NCBI GenBank assembly: GCA_950097015.1
Contig: CATNEN010000015.1
Span: 1,674,001 to 1,738,000, forward strand
DNA from: Macrostomum hystrix
Taxonomy: Eukaryota; Animalia; Platyhelminthes
Direction of reading: 5' to 3'
Length of the DNA: 64,000 nucleotides
Part shown: piece after piece, positions 10,417 to 20,217 of the stretch
How positions within the stretch are numbered: the stretch's first letter is position 1
Layout: every line of letters begins with the position of its first letter
Made by a program: the position numbers and the translations under genes
The notes under the pieces: generated by a model
Told to the model about the DNA's origin: nothing
The model's input: only the letters and a program-made list of their open reading frames with translations
Databases searched by the model: none

Positions 10417-11082
10417 GGTGTAGTTGTGTCGTATGCTGCCTTTGTTCTGTGTGCCTGTTAGCTTTTCTTTAATAGCTTTCGCCAATCTTTTCATTTTGTC
10501 ATTAGTTTAGTATCTCTGCGGTCGAGCCTTGAATCTTCGGATTAGGTTTTGGCCATAGTGTAAGCCTTTGTCGTAGTCATTGTTTGTAGCCTGTAGTTAG
10601 GAGCTTAGCTTGGCTGCGGCCGCTGGTGCTGTAGTCGAGGCCATCCAGGTTTTCGCTCCGCCGCCGATTCGCCGAAATTTTCGCCAGTCCTAGACAATTC
10701 TCGTGTTTGTCTATTTGTCTGTTTTGTTTAAAAAATAAAAAAACATTGCATTTGCTAAAACAAAAATATTTTCAATTCCTTTTATTTCCTCTATGGTTTG
10801 ATGACGTTGTCCAATTTGCCAATATCTTGCTGAATTTTGCCTTTGGTTTTTGTTCGAATTTTTGCCATTCGTCGTTCAGATTTGCCACTCGATATTCCGT
10901 TTTTGCCGTTCGTCTTTGAAGTTTAATGCCACTTGAAACTGCCATTGTTAACCTTATTTTCAAAATATTTCCAGACAGCTATTCTAATAACTCTAATAAC
11001 GTAGCAACAATTTTAAAATCGTTTTTTTCGCTAGCCATTTCGATGTTCGTAGCCACTACTGTTAGTAGGCCATTAAGCTTCT

Positions 11083-11096
11083 GAGAGGGAGGCGAG
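11083..11096 (+). promoter_or_regulatory. Polypurine tract
   Basis: GAGAGGGAGGCGAG immediately 5' of the 3' LTR. Confidence 0.8.
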
Positions 11097-11562
11097 TGTG
11101 ACGTTGTCTCTCTAATTTAATGTAATTTTAATTTGCTATTTCTAATTAAGTGCAATATTTTCGTTAGCTATATTTGTTAGGGATATTTCTTCGGTTTTCC
11201 ATATATATTTATAATGGTTTGTTTTAGTGTACTACATAGTCGTAGTTCGTATTCAAATGTGCTAATTAGGCCTTTCCAGGAAGGCTCCCAACCCCCCCCC
11301 GTGCCTGGTTCTGGTTCTACGACTGAGTGCTGGCTATTATTTAAGTGTGGCTAATTTCAACTGTAGCCGTAACTACTTTCAAGTGAATCTTGATATATCT
11401 CTATATGTCTCTAAGTAACATATCTCTAAGTCATATAGCCAGCATTCACCGTTAAGCGATCTCGTTATTTGCAACCCAATTTACTGCCGAATAATTTACC
11501 TTACTGCTATTCAAATAGACCGAACCGCTACGCCTATACATTGGGACCGAAACTTCGTCATA
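11097..11562 (+). repeat. 3' LTR
   Basis: Near-identical copy of 2740-3204. Confidence 0.97.
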
Positions 11563-12800
11563 GTAGCATGACTTATCGAGAGGGAGCTCGAATTGTCAAG
11601 GGGTAGCATGAAATGACGAGGTAAAAGTATGAATTATCAAGGAAAGCATGACTATCGAGAGAGACGCATTAATTATCGAGATTTTTGCATAAATTATAGA
11701 GGGTAAAGCATCACTTATCGAGGCAGAAGCATTAACTATTAAGAGAAGGCATGAATTATCGACAGGAAAAGATTACTTATCGAGAGGGTAGCATGACTTA
11801 TTAAGAGGGAAGCCTAAATTATCGACGGAGAAGCATGACTTATTTAGGGAGAAGCATAAATTGTCAAGGGGAAGCATTGAATGACGAGGGAAAAGTATGA
11901 ATTATCGAAGGTAAAGTATGAGTTTTCGAAGGGAAAACATGCCTTTTTGAAGGGAAGCATGAGTTTTCGATGGGAAGAATGAATTACCGACTAAATAGCA
12001 TGAATTTTTGAGGGGTTAGAATGATTTATTGCCTTAAATTCCTAATTTTGGGGGCAGCAAAAATTAACGAGGGGAAAGCATGAACAATCGTTCGGTTGAA
12101 TGAATTATCGAGGGGTAGCAAAATTATCAAGCGGGTACTCGTCGCATGAGTTTTCTAGGGGGAAGCTTGTGTTAACACGGCGGTAGCTTGTGCTTTCTAG
12201 GGGGTAGCTTGTGCTTTCTAGGGGGTAGCTTGTGTTTTCTAAGGGGTAGCATGAATTATCGTGGGGAGCATAAATTATCGAGGATGGCACATGAAATTAT
12301 CGAGAGAAAGCATGACTTATCGAGGTGTAGTGCAATTTACCGAGGAGATAGCATAAATTATTTAGGGGAGAGAATAAATACATACTTCCTTCTCAATAAT
12401 TTATGATTGTCACTCGATAGTTTTGATTTGCCTAAATAGATTATTCTTACTCCCCCCATCGATAATCATGCTTTTTCTTTGAAAATTCATGCTTCCTCCT
12501 CAATAATTCACGCTTTACCTTCGATAACTCAGGCTTCCCCTCGAGAATTCATGCTACCTCCTCGATAATTCATACAAGCCAGTTGATCAATTTATGTTTC
12601 CCATTGATAACTTTGCTTTCCCTTGATAATGCATGTTCCTTGCTCGATAATCTATTCTACCCTGTCAATAATTAATGCTCTTCCCTCAATAATTCATGCC
12701 TTTCCCTAGATGGATCAGGCTTATCCCTCGAAAATTCATGATTCCCCTCGAGAATTCATGCCCCCCTCCTCGATAATTCATGCTACTTCCCTCAATGAAC
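11563..12800. repeat. Degenerate 20-21-bp tandem array: direct to about 12400, inverted from about 12440
   Basis: AGCATGAATTATCGAGGGGA-like units, followed by TCGATAATTCATGCTTCCCC-like units. Confidence 0.85.
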
Positions 12801-13439
12801 CATTCTATCATCTTGAACATTCTATCCTCATGCTACGAGCGTATATCTAGAAGAAATCGTGATATTTCCTTGATATCTTAAGCTTTTCTCCACATATTCC
12901 ATACCATTTTCTTGATTGCTCATGCATGCTATCCCCAGCTAAAAAGCGCTTAGTTTTAAAGTAGCTTAAATAAAGAAACACTTTACATAAGTTTCGAAAA
13001 AAACGCTAAATGCTATGCATGCTCAAACAGTCTTCAATAAGTTTTGTGTCGAATAATGCTTGAAGCAAATGCTCGAAAAATATTCTATGAAAGAATGACG
13101 CTTTTATCTGTGCTCAACATATTTATTACTTGTTCTGAACCCGATAAAACTTGCAGAAACAGTCAGAAAAATAATTCCTTAGTTTTAGTATCAAATAAAA
13201 CTTGCTGCTACACGCGAAAAAAAAATTTTTTCTCTTAGCGAGAAGAGTAATAATAATAAGTACTAAGAAATAATTGCTTTGATAGTATCTAATCGAAATT
13301 AAGCGCTTATAATTTACGACCTATTCTCGAACCAAGTGAAAGCTAAATAATAATTAATATAAATTCGTTAAGCATGTTTTTAACCGCTTGTAGTGCCGTT
13401 GAGTGAATAAGGAACGTGGAATTATAAGTAAGGAAGGAA

Positions 13440-14418
13440 CGACCGTCAGAGCGGGGTCCCTCTTGGTTGCAGCGCGAATCCTGTCCATCGTCAGGCCCTT
13501 CGGTGTCGCGGCCTGGACCACGGCGTTGAGCAGCCTGGTCTCCGCGGCCACGTCCCTGCCCGGCGACGTCTCCGGCAGCGGGTTGCGGCTCAGGGGATCG
13601 GCCAGATTGTCCTCGCCCTTGCGGTAGTGCAGTGTGAACGAGAAGTGCTGCGTCTGTAGCATGATGCGCTCGAGTCGCGGCGGCGGCCGGGAGTCTGGCC
13701 TGTAGATGCCCAGCAGCGGCTTGTGGTCGGTGTAGACGTCGAAATGAGTGCAGCCCTCCACGTAGAACGCGAACTTTAGGCAGCCGAACTTGACGCCCAG
13801 GGCCTCGCGCTCGATCTGGCTGTAGTGCCTCTCGACCTCGCTGAGGGTGCGGCTCGCGTAGGCCACCGACCGGGTCTGCCCACCGGGGTGCCGCTGCAGC
13901 AGGATGGCGCCGTCGCCAACGGGCGATGCATCGACCACTAGCTCTGTTGGCATCTGCTTGTCGAAGAAGGCCAGGGTGCAGCTCTCCGAGATGCAGTACT
14001 TGACGTTCTGGAAGGCCTGCTGCTGCTCGCTGTCCCAGACGAACTCCTGGCCCTTCTGTGTCAGCCGCCTGAGCGGCTCCGCCTTGTCCGCAAGCAGCGG
14101 CATGAACTTCTCCAGGTGGTTGGCCAGGCCGAGGAACGACCGGACCTTGACGGACTGTGGGTCTTTGAAGGCTTGCAGCTCGGCGATCTTCTCTTGCGAT
14201 GGCTGGATCCCAAACTTGGACAGCGTCATCGCCATGAACTTGGCCTTGCCGATCCCCCAGCGGCACTTGCTGCCGTTGAGGGTGATGCCGTGCTCTCGCA
14301 GTCTGGTCAGGCAGGCTGCCACGTGAGTCTTGTGAGCCTTAAGGTCTCGGCTGTGGACGATGATGTCGTCGTGGATCCACTTAACACCCGTCAGGCCCTC
14401 CAGCACTCGCTGCATCAC
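13440..14418 (-). pseudogene. RT C-terminus and RNase H of the second Gypsy, truncated before integrase
   Basis: WIHDDIIV, VDASPVG, YSQIEREAL, TDHKPL, ADPLSR. Confidence 0.88.
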
Positions 14419-16114
14419 ACGCGAATCCCATGCTCAGGCGAGTCAGCTGCCGCATTCCTCGGGGCGTTGAGAACACGAAGTACTTCCGGCTGTCCTCGCT
14501 GATTTCAATCTGGTGGAATGCTTTGAAATTGTCGAGCTTGCTGAGGATCGATGAGCCAGCCATGTCGCTTGTCGCCTCCTCGAATGTCGGGATCTGGTGT
14601 CGCTCCCTCAGCACCGCCTTGTTCACGTCGCGCAGATCCTGCGTGATCCGCACACTCTTGCCGTCCTCCTTCGGCACCACGACGATGCGGCTGACCCACG
14701 GCGTGGGGCCCTCGACTGGCTGGATGATGACCAGCTGCTCCTGCTCGTCTAGCTCACGGTCCAGCGCCTCCCGGAGGTGCTCCGGAACGCGGGAGGGCGG
14801 GTGGCAGATTGGTCTGGCGTCGGATTTGATGTTGATCTGCACAGAGACGTCCTTGACCTTGCCGAGGCCTCTGAAGAGCTCGGGAAATTGGCTGACGACT
14901 GCCGTCTCGGTTGCCTCGATCGCATGGACCCGAGGCCCTAGGCCCAGGAGCCGGAGCGAAGTCGAGGCCTCACGTCCCAGGATGTTGGTGCCGCCGCCGG
15001 GGACGACGAAGAAGCGAACCGTCCAACTGTTCTGCCCCGTTGACACCCGCAGGCTGCAGGCTCCCAGAGTGCTGAGCGGCTTTGGCGAGCGGAAGGCGAA
15101 GATCTTCGTGCGAGTTGCCTGCAGCTGTGGGGGTCCCGGCAGTGTCCGCCAGGCCTGCTCGGTGATGATGTTGCAGTCAGCGCCGCTGTCCACCAGCACG
15201 GGCAGCTGCATTGAACCGACGAACACCGACGTCTGGGCTCCGGCTGCCGCGGATCCTGTGGCTGCCACGGTCAGGCAGAACACGCCGTCCTCCGCCGCTG
15301 AGCTGTCACTCTCGGCCTGCAGGACGTGGACGTCTTCCTTCGGCCGGGACAGGCAGGCCCTCGCCAGGTGATTTCGCTTGCCGCAGCGGTTGCACGTCTT
15401 GCCTTCGGCTGCGCTGCACGTGCGGTGGCCGGGGGCTCCGCACCTGATGCACCTGGTCTGCCCGCCGTTCGGCTGCTTGTCTCGCGGCTGCCCTGTCGGC
15501 CGCCGCGCTGCAGGGGCTGCTGCACCGGCCTCCTGACGTCGGAGCCGCTGCACAGACGCATCGTTGGCCTCCATAACGCTCGCTTGGGCCTCCGCCGCTT
15601 CCATGGCCCGGGCCGCCCGCACCGCCTGCTTCAGGTCCACGTTAACGATGGCTAGCAGCTTTCGACGGAGTTGGTCGGAGCTGCAGCAGGCAATCACCTG
15701 ATCACGGATCAGAGACTTTCGCAGGTCTCCGAAGGCGCAGCAGTCGGCGGCGTCCTTGAGGCGCTGGAGCCAGTCATCTGTGGGCGGCTCACCGGGGCGC
15801 TGGGTGCAGAGCCTGAACTGGTAGCCGGTGAACGGCAGATTCTGCTTGCCGTCGAAGTGCTGATTGAGCGCGGCAACGAGTGTGTCGACGTCCTTGCCCG
15901 CCGCCTCGTTGGTGAGGCCGGCCGCGATTGCCTGCAGGTCCTCGCCGGCGGTGTACAGTAGCAGCTTGCGTAGCCGCTTCTTATCGTCGATGCCTGCGGC
16001 GACCGTGAACAGCTGGAACTGGGCGAGCCATTTATTCCATTTTGTTTGGGCTGTGCTAGGGTCCGTGCGCAAGTCCAGTGCGGGTGGGGTTTGAATACTG
16101 ACTTGCGACGCCAT
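14381..16114 (-). pseudogene. Gag (two CCHC knuckles), protease and RT N-terminus of the second Gypsy
   Basis: KW..WL..F gag motif, CIRCGAPGH/CNRCGKRNH, LVDSGADCNI, QDLRDVNKA, KLDNFKAFHQI. Frame is broken by a short deletion near 14430. Confidence 0.88.
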
Positions 16115-16723
16115 TGTAGTGCAGTTGAGTGTGTAAGGAACGTGGCCTTTCGGGCCGTATATTTGAGTTCTTATATAGTCGCAGCCACATAGTGGCTGCC
16201 GACGTGCAGCTCAGTCATGAGCGCATTACGCAACACAAAGTACATGCCAAGAGCAGTGCACGTTGACAATGACGCTGTGCCAGCGTGGGAGGGAGAGGGC
16301 AACGCAGTGTACTACATCGCTGATAGAAGATTTGAAGAAAACGAAGCAGTAACAAAACTGATGCTGAAATTTGCGTTCTGTAAAAAACTTTCTTTACTTC
16401 GAGCTAGATAAAAAGAAAGCGACACAATTATCGAAGTCGAAACAAGGTTTGACAATATATAGGCTGCAGTTTTCAGCGACAGAAGGGAGGAGGAGAGGTC
16501 TCGCTAGCATTGAGCATCACGAGAGCCCAATTATTGAAATCAGCTACGTACGTTTTGCTTATTCAAATCAAATCGCAAAATCTGCCAAGAGACCAATATT
16601 ACTATCGCCATAAATAAACGCAGGCATGGGTGCTGAAAGCAGTGACGCATTCATTTGAGAGTATCGGCCCAGTTCTGTGCTACTAACGCAAGCGCGGGCG
16701 AGAAAAAGCACCAATGCAATATA

Positions 16724-17400
16724 CTAAAACAGAGTGACGGGCGCTATGAGCTTGAAAGTTTTACGGAAAATGGATGCTTTCCGAATATTTAATGCCTTTA
16801 GAATGAAAGAAACTGCACTTTCGATGTCACCGCCGCCGCCGCACCTTGGAAGCCAGGCCCTGGACTCTTGTCGGGACAGTGGGTCGTAAAGGGCGAACAT
16901 GGACTCATCTTGCGTGATGAATCTGCGCTGGAATTCGTCTCCCAGAGCTGAAATTGCCGCTCTTTGTTGTAAGCAGACTTCGTAACGGCGATTTTTCTGC
17001 TCCTGAGTCAACAGTTTCGGCACCCATCGAGAGACCAGCTTAGACAGACCAAGATGTTCGTGCAGAATTTGGGAGACCGAGCCACGCAACATCTCGGCGG
17101 CATTGGCCAACTCATCAATGGTGATGTGGCCGTTTTCACCGACCAGCTCTTGGATCAGGATGGCAGTGCTGTCGTTAACAGCAGTAGCTGGTCGGCCTGA
17201 GCGCGGCTCGTCCTGCACGCTCGTTTCGCCGTCCTTTTCTTCCGGACCCAGTTCGCGATGGTTGCTCGATAGCAGACATCGTCTCCAAAGCGACTGAGCA
17301 ATCTCTGGTGGATATTGCTCACGGACATGCCTTCGTCAGCAAAGGCAAAAACGATCAGGCGCTGAGAAGTTTTATCGCCATATGCGCTAGCCATTCTCAA
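16724..17400 (-). mobile_element. Mariner-type transposase remnant (HTH through first catalytic Asp), frameshifted and internally deleted
   Basis: DEPRSGRP, LGLSKLVSRWVPKLL (WVPxxL motif), FITQDES. Frameshift near 17230. TIRs not identified. Confidence 0.85.
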
Positions 17401-17427
17401 TTCAAAGTGATCTCAATATACCATTAA

Positions 17428-17515
17428 TACCCATGCTTTAAGGGCGTTAATGGAAAATCAGAGGGCGCCGTCAGGCGCCCGAGGATTTTTCATTGACGCC
17501 CGCAAAGCTTGGGTA
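17428..17515. repeat. 88-bp imperfect palindrome bounded by TA (possible mini-MITE)
   Basis: TACCCATGCTTTAAGGGCGTTAATGGAAAATC pairs with GATTTTTCATTGACGCCCGCAAAGCTTGGGTA. Inner stem GGGCGCC/GGCGCCC. Confidence 0.75.
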
Positions 17516-17573
17516 TCAATTTTATTGTACCATAGACGTTTTTGCCCAAGCTATACTTTCAGAGTCAGATACA

Positions 17574-17655
17574 GGGGTGTGGGGGCAGAGCCCCCACTTC
17601 GGGGTGTGGGGGCAGAGCCCCCACTTCGGGGTGTGGGGGCGAAGCCCCCACCCAC
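17574..17655. repeat. Three 27-bp units, each with a GGGGGC-AGA/GAA-GCCCCC hairpin
   Basis: Direct read of the sequence. Confidence 0.85.
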
Positions 17656-17971
17656 TACCATAGACTATTTTACTAGAAAGTCAAATCGTACGCTGAGCCT
17701 TGTTTCTCTCTCCTTTTCACCACTCAGCGGACCTTTATTCTATCTACAGTATCTCTCTCTCATTTCTTTCTCTCCCTCTTGGTGTGTGATAAGCTATGCC
17801 ATAGACTAAAACTGCACGAAGTCTGAACAAGTTGATGAGGGAAAGGAAAACTAAGGCTAGCTCAGAAATTTCTTTCCTTCAAATCTCCACTGAGCCATGA
17901 TCAACTACGACGGAATAGTGGAAGGCGAGATTGTAGGCTCTTTGTACAATACTCTTTGTCTCACACGTCTG

Positions 17972-19151
17972 GGGCCGATTTCATGAAACACTGCTAAGTT
18001 AGCAGTTAGCAGCTGCTAACTTAGCAGTTGCTATTTAGCAGTTGTGGTAAGAATATTTCACGCTGAGCTGTAAGGCGGCTTTCACAAAGCTCTGTGGAGG
18101 GTGAAGAGAGTGGAGAGACCACTGTTACCAGTGAAGTGTCTATGGCATGAACCCCCGATTTAGCAGCAGAAAAATTTTTCGGTTTCATGAAAGTAGCAGT
18201 CTGCTAAAGAAGTTAGGAATTCGCGGTTAAATTTGAGCATCCCTCGGAACAGGCTAAGATGGACTTTCTTGATGACTTTAACCTCGTTGACTACCAACTT
18301 AACCAACGAAGACCACGAGAATTTAGAGACAGAGTAAATTTAGACGCGGACCTTGATTTCCGCCAGCGCTTTCGAATGAATGCGGAAACTGTCGAGTTGC
18401 TACTGGAACGGGTTGGTCCTCAATTGGAACACGATACCAACCGAAGCTGCGCCTTGAGTTCGCGTGAGCAGACTTTGACTGCCCTGCGGTTTTTTGCGAC
18501 CAGCAGCTTCTACCACGTGATCCGAGACGCCCACGGACCGTCGGAGTCAACAGTGTGTCGAGTTGTGAGACGCGTGGCCAATGCAATTAACGCGGAGCTG
18601 TTCCATGAGACGGTTAGGTGGCCTGACCCCCATGGTCTTGCACAACGATTCTACGACATTGCTGGTATGCCGTCTGTGTGCGGAGCCGTTGATGGTACTT
18701 TGTACTTCTTCTGGTCCACGGACGCCATATGCGTAGGCGAACAAATTTGGTGGAGACAAGCAGAGGCAGGCAAAAATCGTTCTGTCTCTTTCTAGTTTTA
18801 TGTGAGCTCCCTTACTCTACCGCTTTTAAGTTTGTCTATGGCACTAACCGGCTGCTAAGGTTTCTGTCCAACTTAGCAGTTCGTCGTGAAATCGATTTTC
18901 CGCAAAAGCTAAATAGCAGTTGCTTCTTAGCAGCTGCTAACTGCTGACCTGCCAGTGGTTCCATGACTCCGCACAAGTGGTCTTGGCCATAGACAAATAT
19001 TGCTCGCTGTTGATCCCTCGCCTACCATTATGTACTCTAGTAAGCTCAGTACTCTGACACATTGACACATAGACATAGATCTGCTTCGTGAAACCAAACC
19101 GCCTTTAGCAGCTGCTAAATAACCGTTAGCAGTGTTTCATGAAATTGGCCC
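17972..19151 (+). mobile_element. Non-autonomous PIF/Harbinger element, 1180 bp
   Basis: 26-bp TIR GGGCC(G/A)ATTTCATGAAACACTGCTAA and CTG TSD at 17969-71 and 19152-54. ORF 18259-18795 is a HARBI1-like transposase N-terminus (FRQRFRM, LTALRFFAT, GAVDGT) that ends after the first catalytic Asp. Confidence 0.92.
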
Positions 19152-19169
19152 CTGACGTTGTTTCTGCGC

Positions 19170-19245
19170 TGCCTTCTTCTCTTCTGCTCTTCTGCTTCTT
19201 CTGCTTCTCTTCTCTTCTCTTCTCTTCTGCTTTCTCTTCTGCTCA
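19170..19245. repeat. Pyrimidine-rich (CTT/CTTCT)n low-complexity tract
   Basis: Direct read of the sequence. Confidence 0.85.
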
Positions 19246-20217
19246 GACTTGTGCTGCCTACTGCTTTTTCATTTTCGCTCTTTATAATCTATGACTAAAC
19301 CCTCACAGCTTTGCAAAAAGGGTACAATTAATGATTAGTACCTAGCAAAAGCTTTAAAATTAACCACCCGATATTTTGCTGACCCATTCTAAAGACCAGA
19401 TGCGACATCCCACTTGGTATCCCGATTCGATGCTCTTAAAAAATCGTATTGCTAATTTCGTTGGTTCTTTAGTAAATGATCGATAACTTTTTTCTGTCCA
19501 CCCGACTAATTTAAAACTTTAGCGCTGAATTTATCACATATTAATTTATGATTGCGTCTTTTTCCATCAAAATCTGTCGAACACATGCAGAGATATTAGG
19601 GGTGTCTAAGAACTTTTTGGACGCACTAAGGTATTAGAACATTAACGTGCACCATCTTGTTTAGAAGGCAAGCTTTTTAGAGAAAGAATCACGAAAATCT
19701 GACAATTCGCGTTCGCTAGAACAATGACAAGCAAGAACACTTGACATTTATCTATATACTCGTAGTTTTAAATTTTATTATAACTGACGACTAGCAATTT
19801 TACGCCCCGCTCCAGGGGCTTTCTATACAAAATTATCATTTTCTATAATATAAAATGACACTGGCACGAAAAGAAAATGTTTTCATTATGCCGATAAAAT
19901 TATTTCAACCATTCATGTTAATGAAAAAAACGAATTATTATTGTAATTCACCCGAGAGGTGAGAATTTCAATAAATAAAATTGAGGAGCACAACTCCTCT
20001 CCACCCAGTCAGCGCTCATTTTTTACATTATACTCAAAAAGGTAACTGTAAATTCAGCCACTGCTAATCAATACTTCTATATTTCAAATAACTTCGTCGC
20101 AAACATTTTACTGACTCACTGACTATCTCGCTAAAAATAAATCTACACATTGCAAAAACCGTGTATATATATCTAACAACTTCTTAAAATTCGTGTTCGC
20201 GAAACCATTGCGGAAAA

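Larger units (their letters stand above)
2740..11562 (+). mobile_element. Full-length Ty3/Gypsy LTR retrotransposon, young, with extra cold-shock domain and LC8-motif array
   Basis: Two LTRs (465 and 466 bp), 4-bp TSD GTAG at 2736-2739 and 11563-11566, PBS, PPT, and gag-PR-RT-RH-IN domain order. Confidence 0.97.
1713..13388. mobile_element. Degenerate foldback-like element: AT-rich inverted arms around inverted 20-bp arrays, interrupted by a Gypsy insertion
   Basis: 1717-2510 aligns by eye with the reverse complement of about 12790-13295, e.g. ATTACTCTTCTCGCT, GAAGACTGTT(T)GAGCATGC and GGAAATATC blocks. The internal AGCATGAATTATCGAGGGGA units flip orientation near 12410. Confidence 0.55.
13389..16316 (-). 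mobile_element. Internally deleted Gypsy (Mag/CsRN1-like) LTR retrotransposon lacking integrase and most of the 3' LTR
   Basis: 202-bp LTR at 16115-16316 (TGTAGT...ACTACA). A 31-bp remnant of the other LTR at 13389-13419. Flanks CCGCT and TCGCT form a 5-bp TSD with one mismatch. Confidence 0.9.

Noticed and set aside
10117-11038. Antisense or env-like ORF downstream of the Gypsy integrase
   Set aside because: The hydrophobic W/C-rich part is the antisense shadow of the P/Q/E tail. The rest has several stops despite the element being young.
205-16094. Many antisense or alternative-frame ORFs over the GC-rich retroelements
   Set aside because: These are shadow ORFs of the LINE and Gypsy coding regions.
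19598-19630. Tc1-like TIR end (GGGGTGTCTAAGAACTTTTTGGACGCACT)
   Set aside because: No matching opposite TIR or TSD was found, so I cannot define an element.
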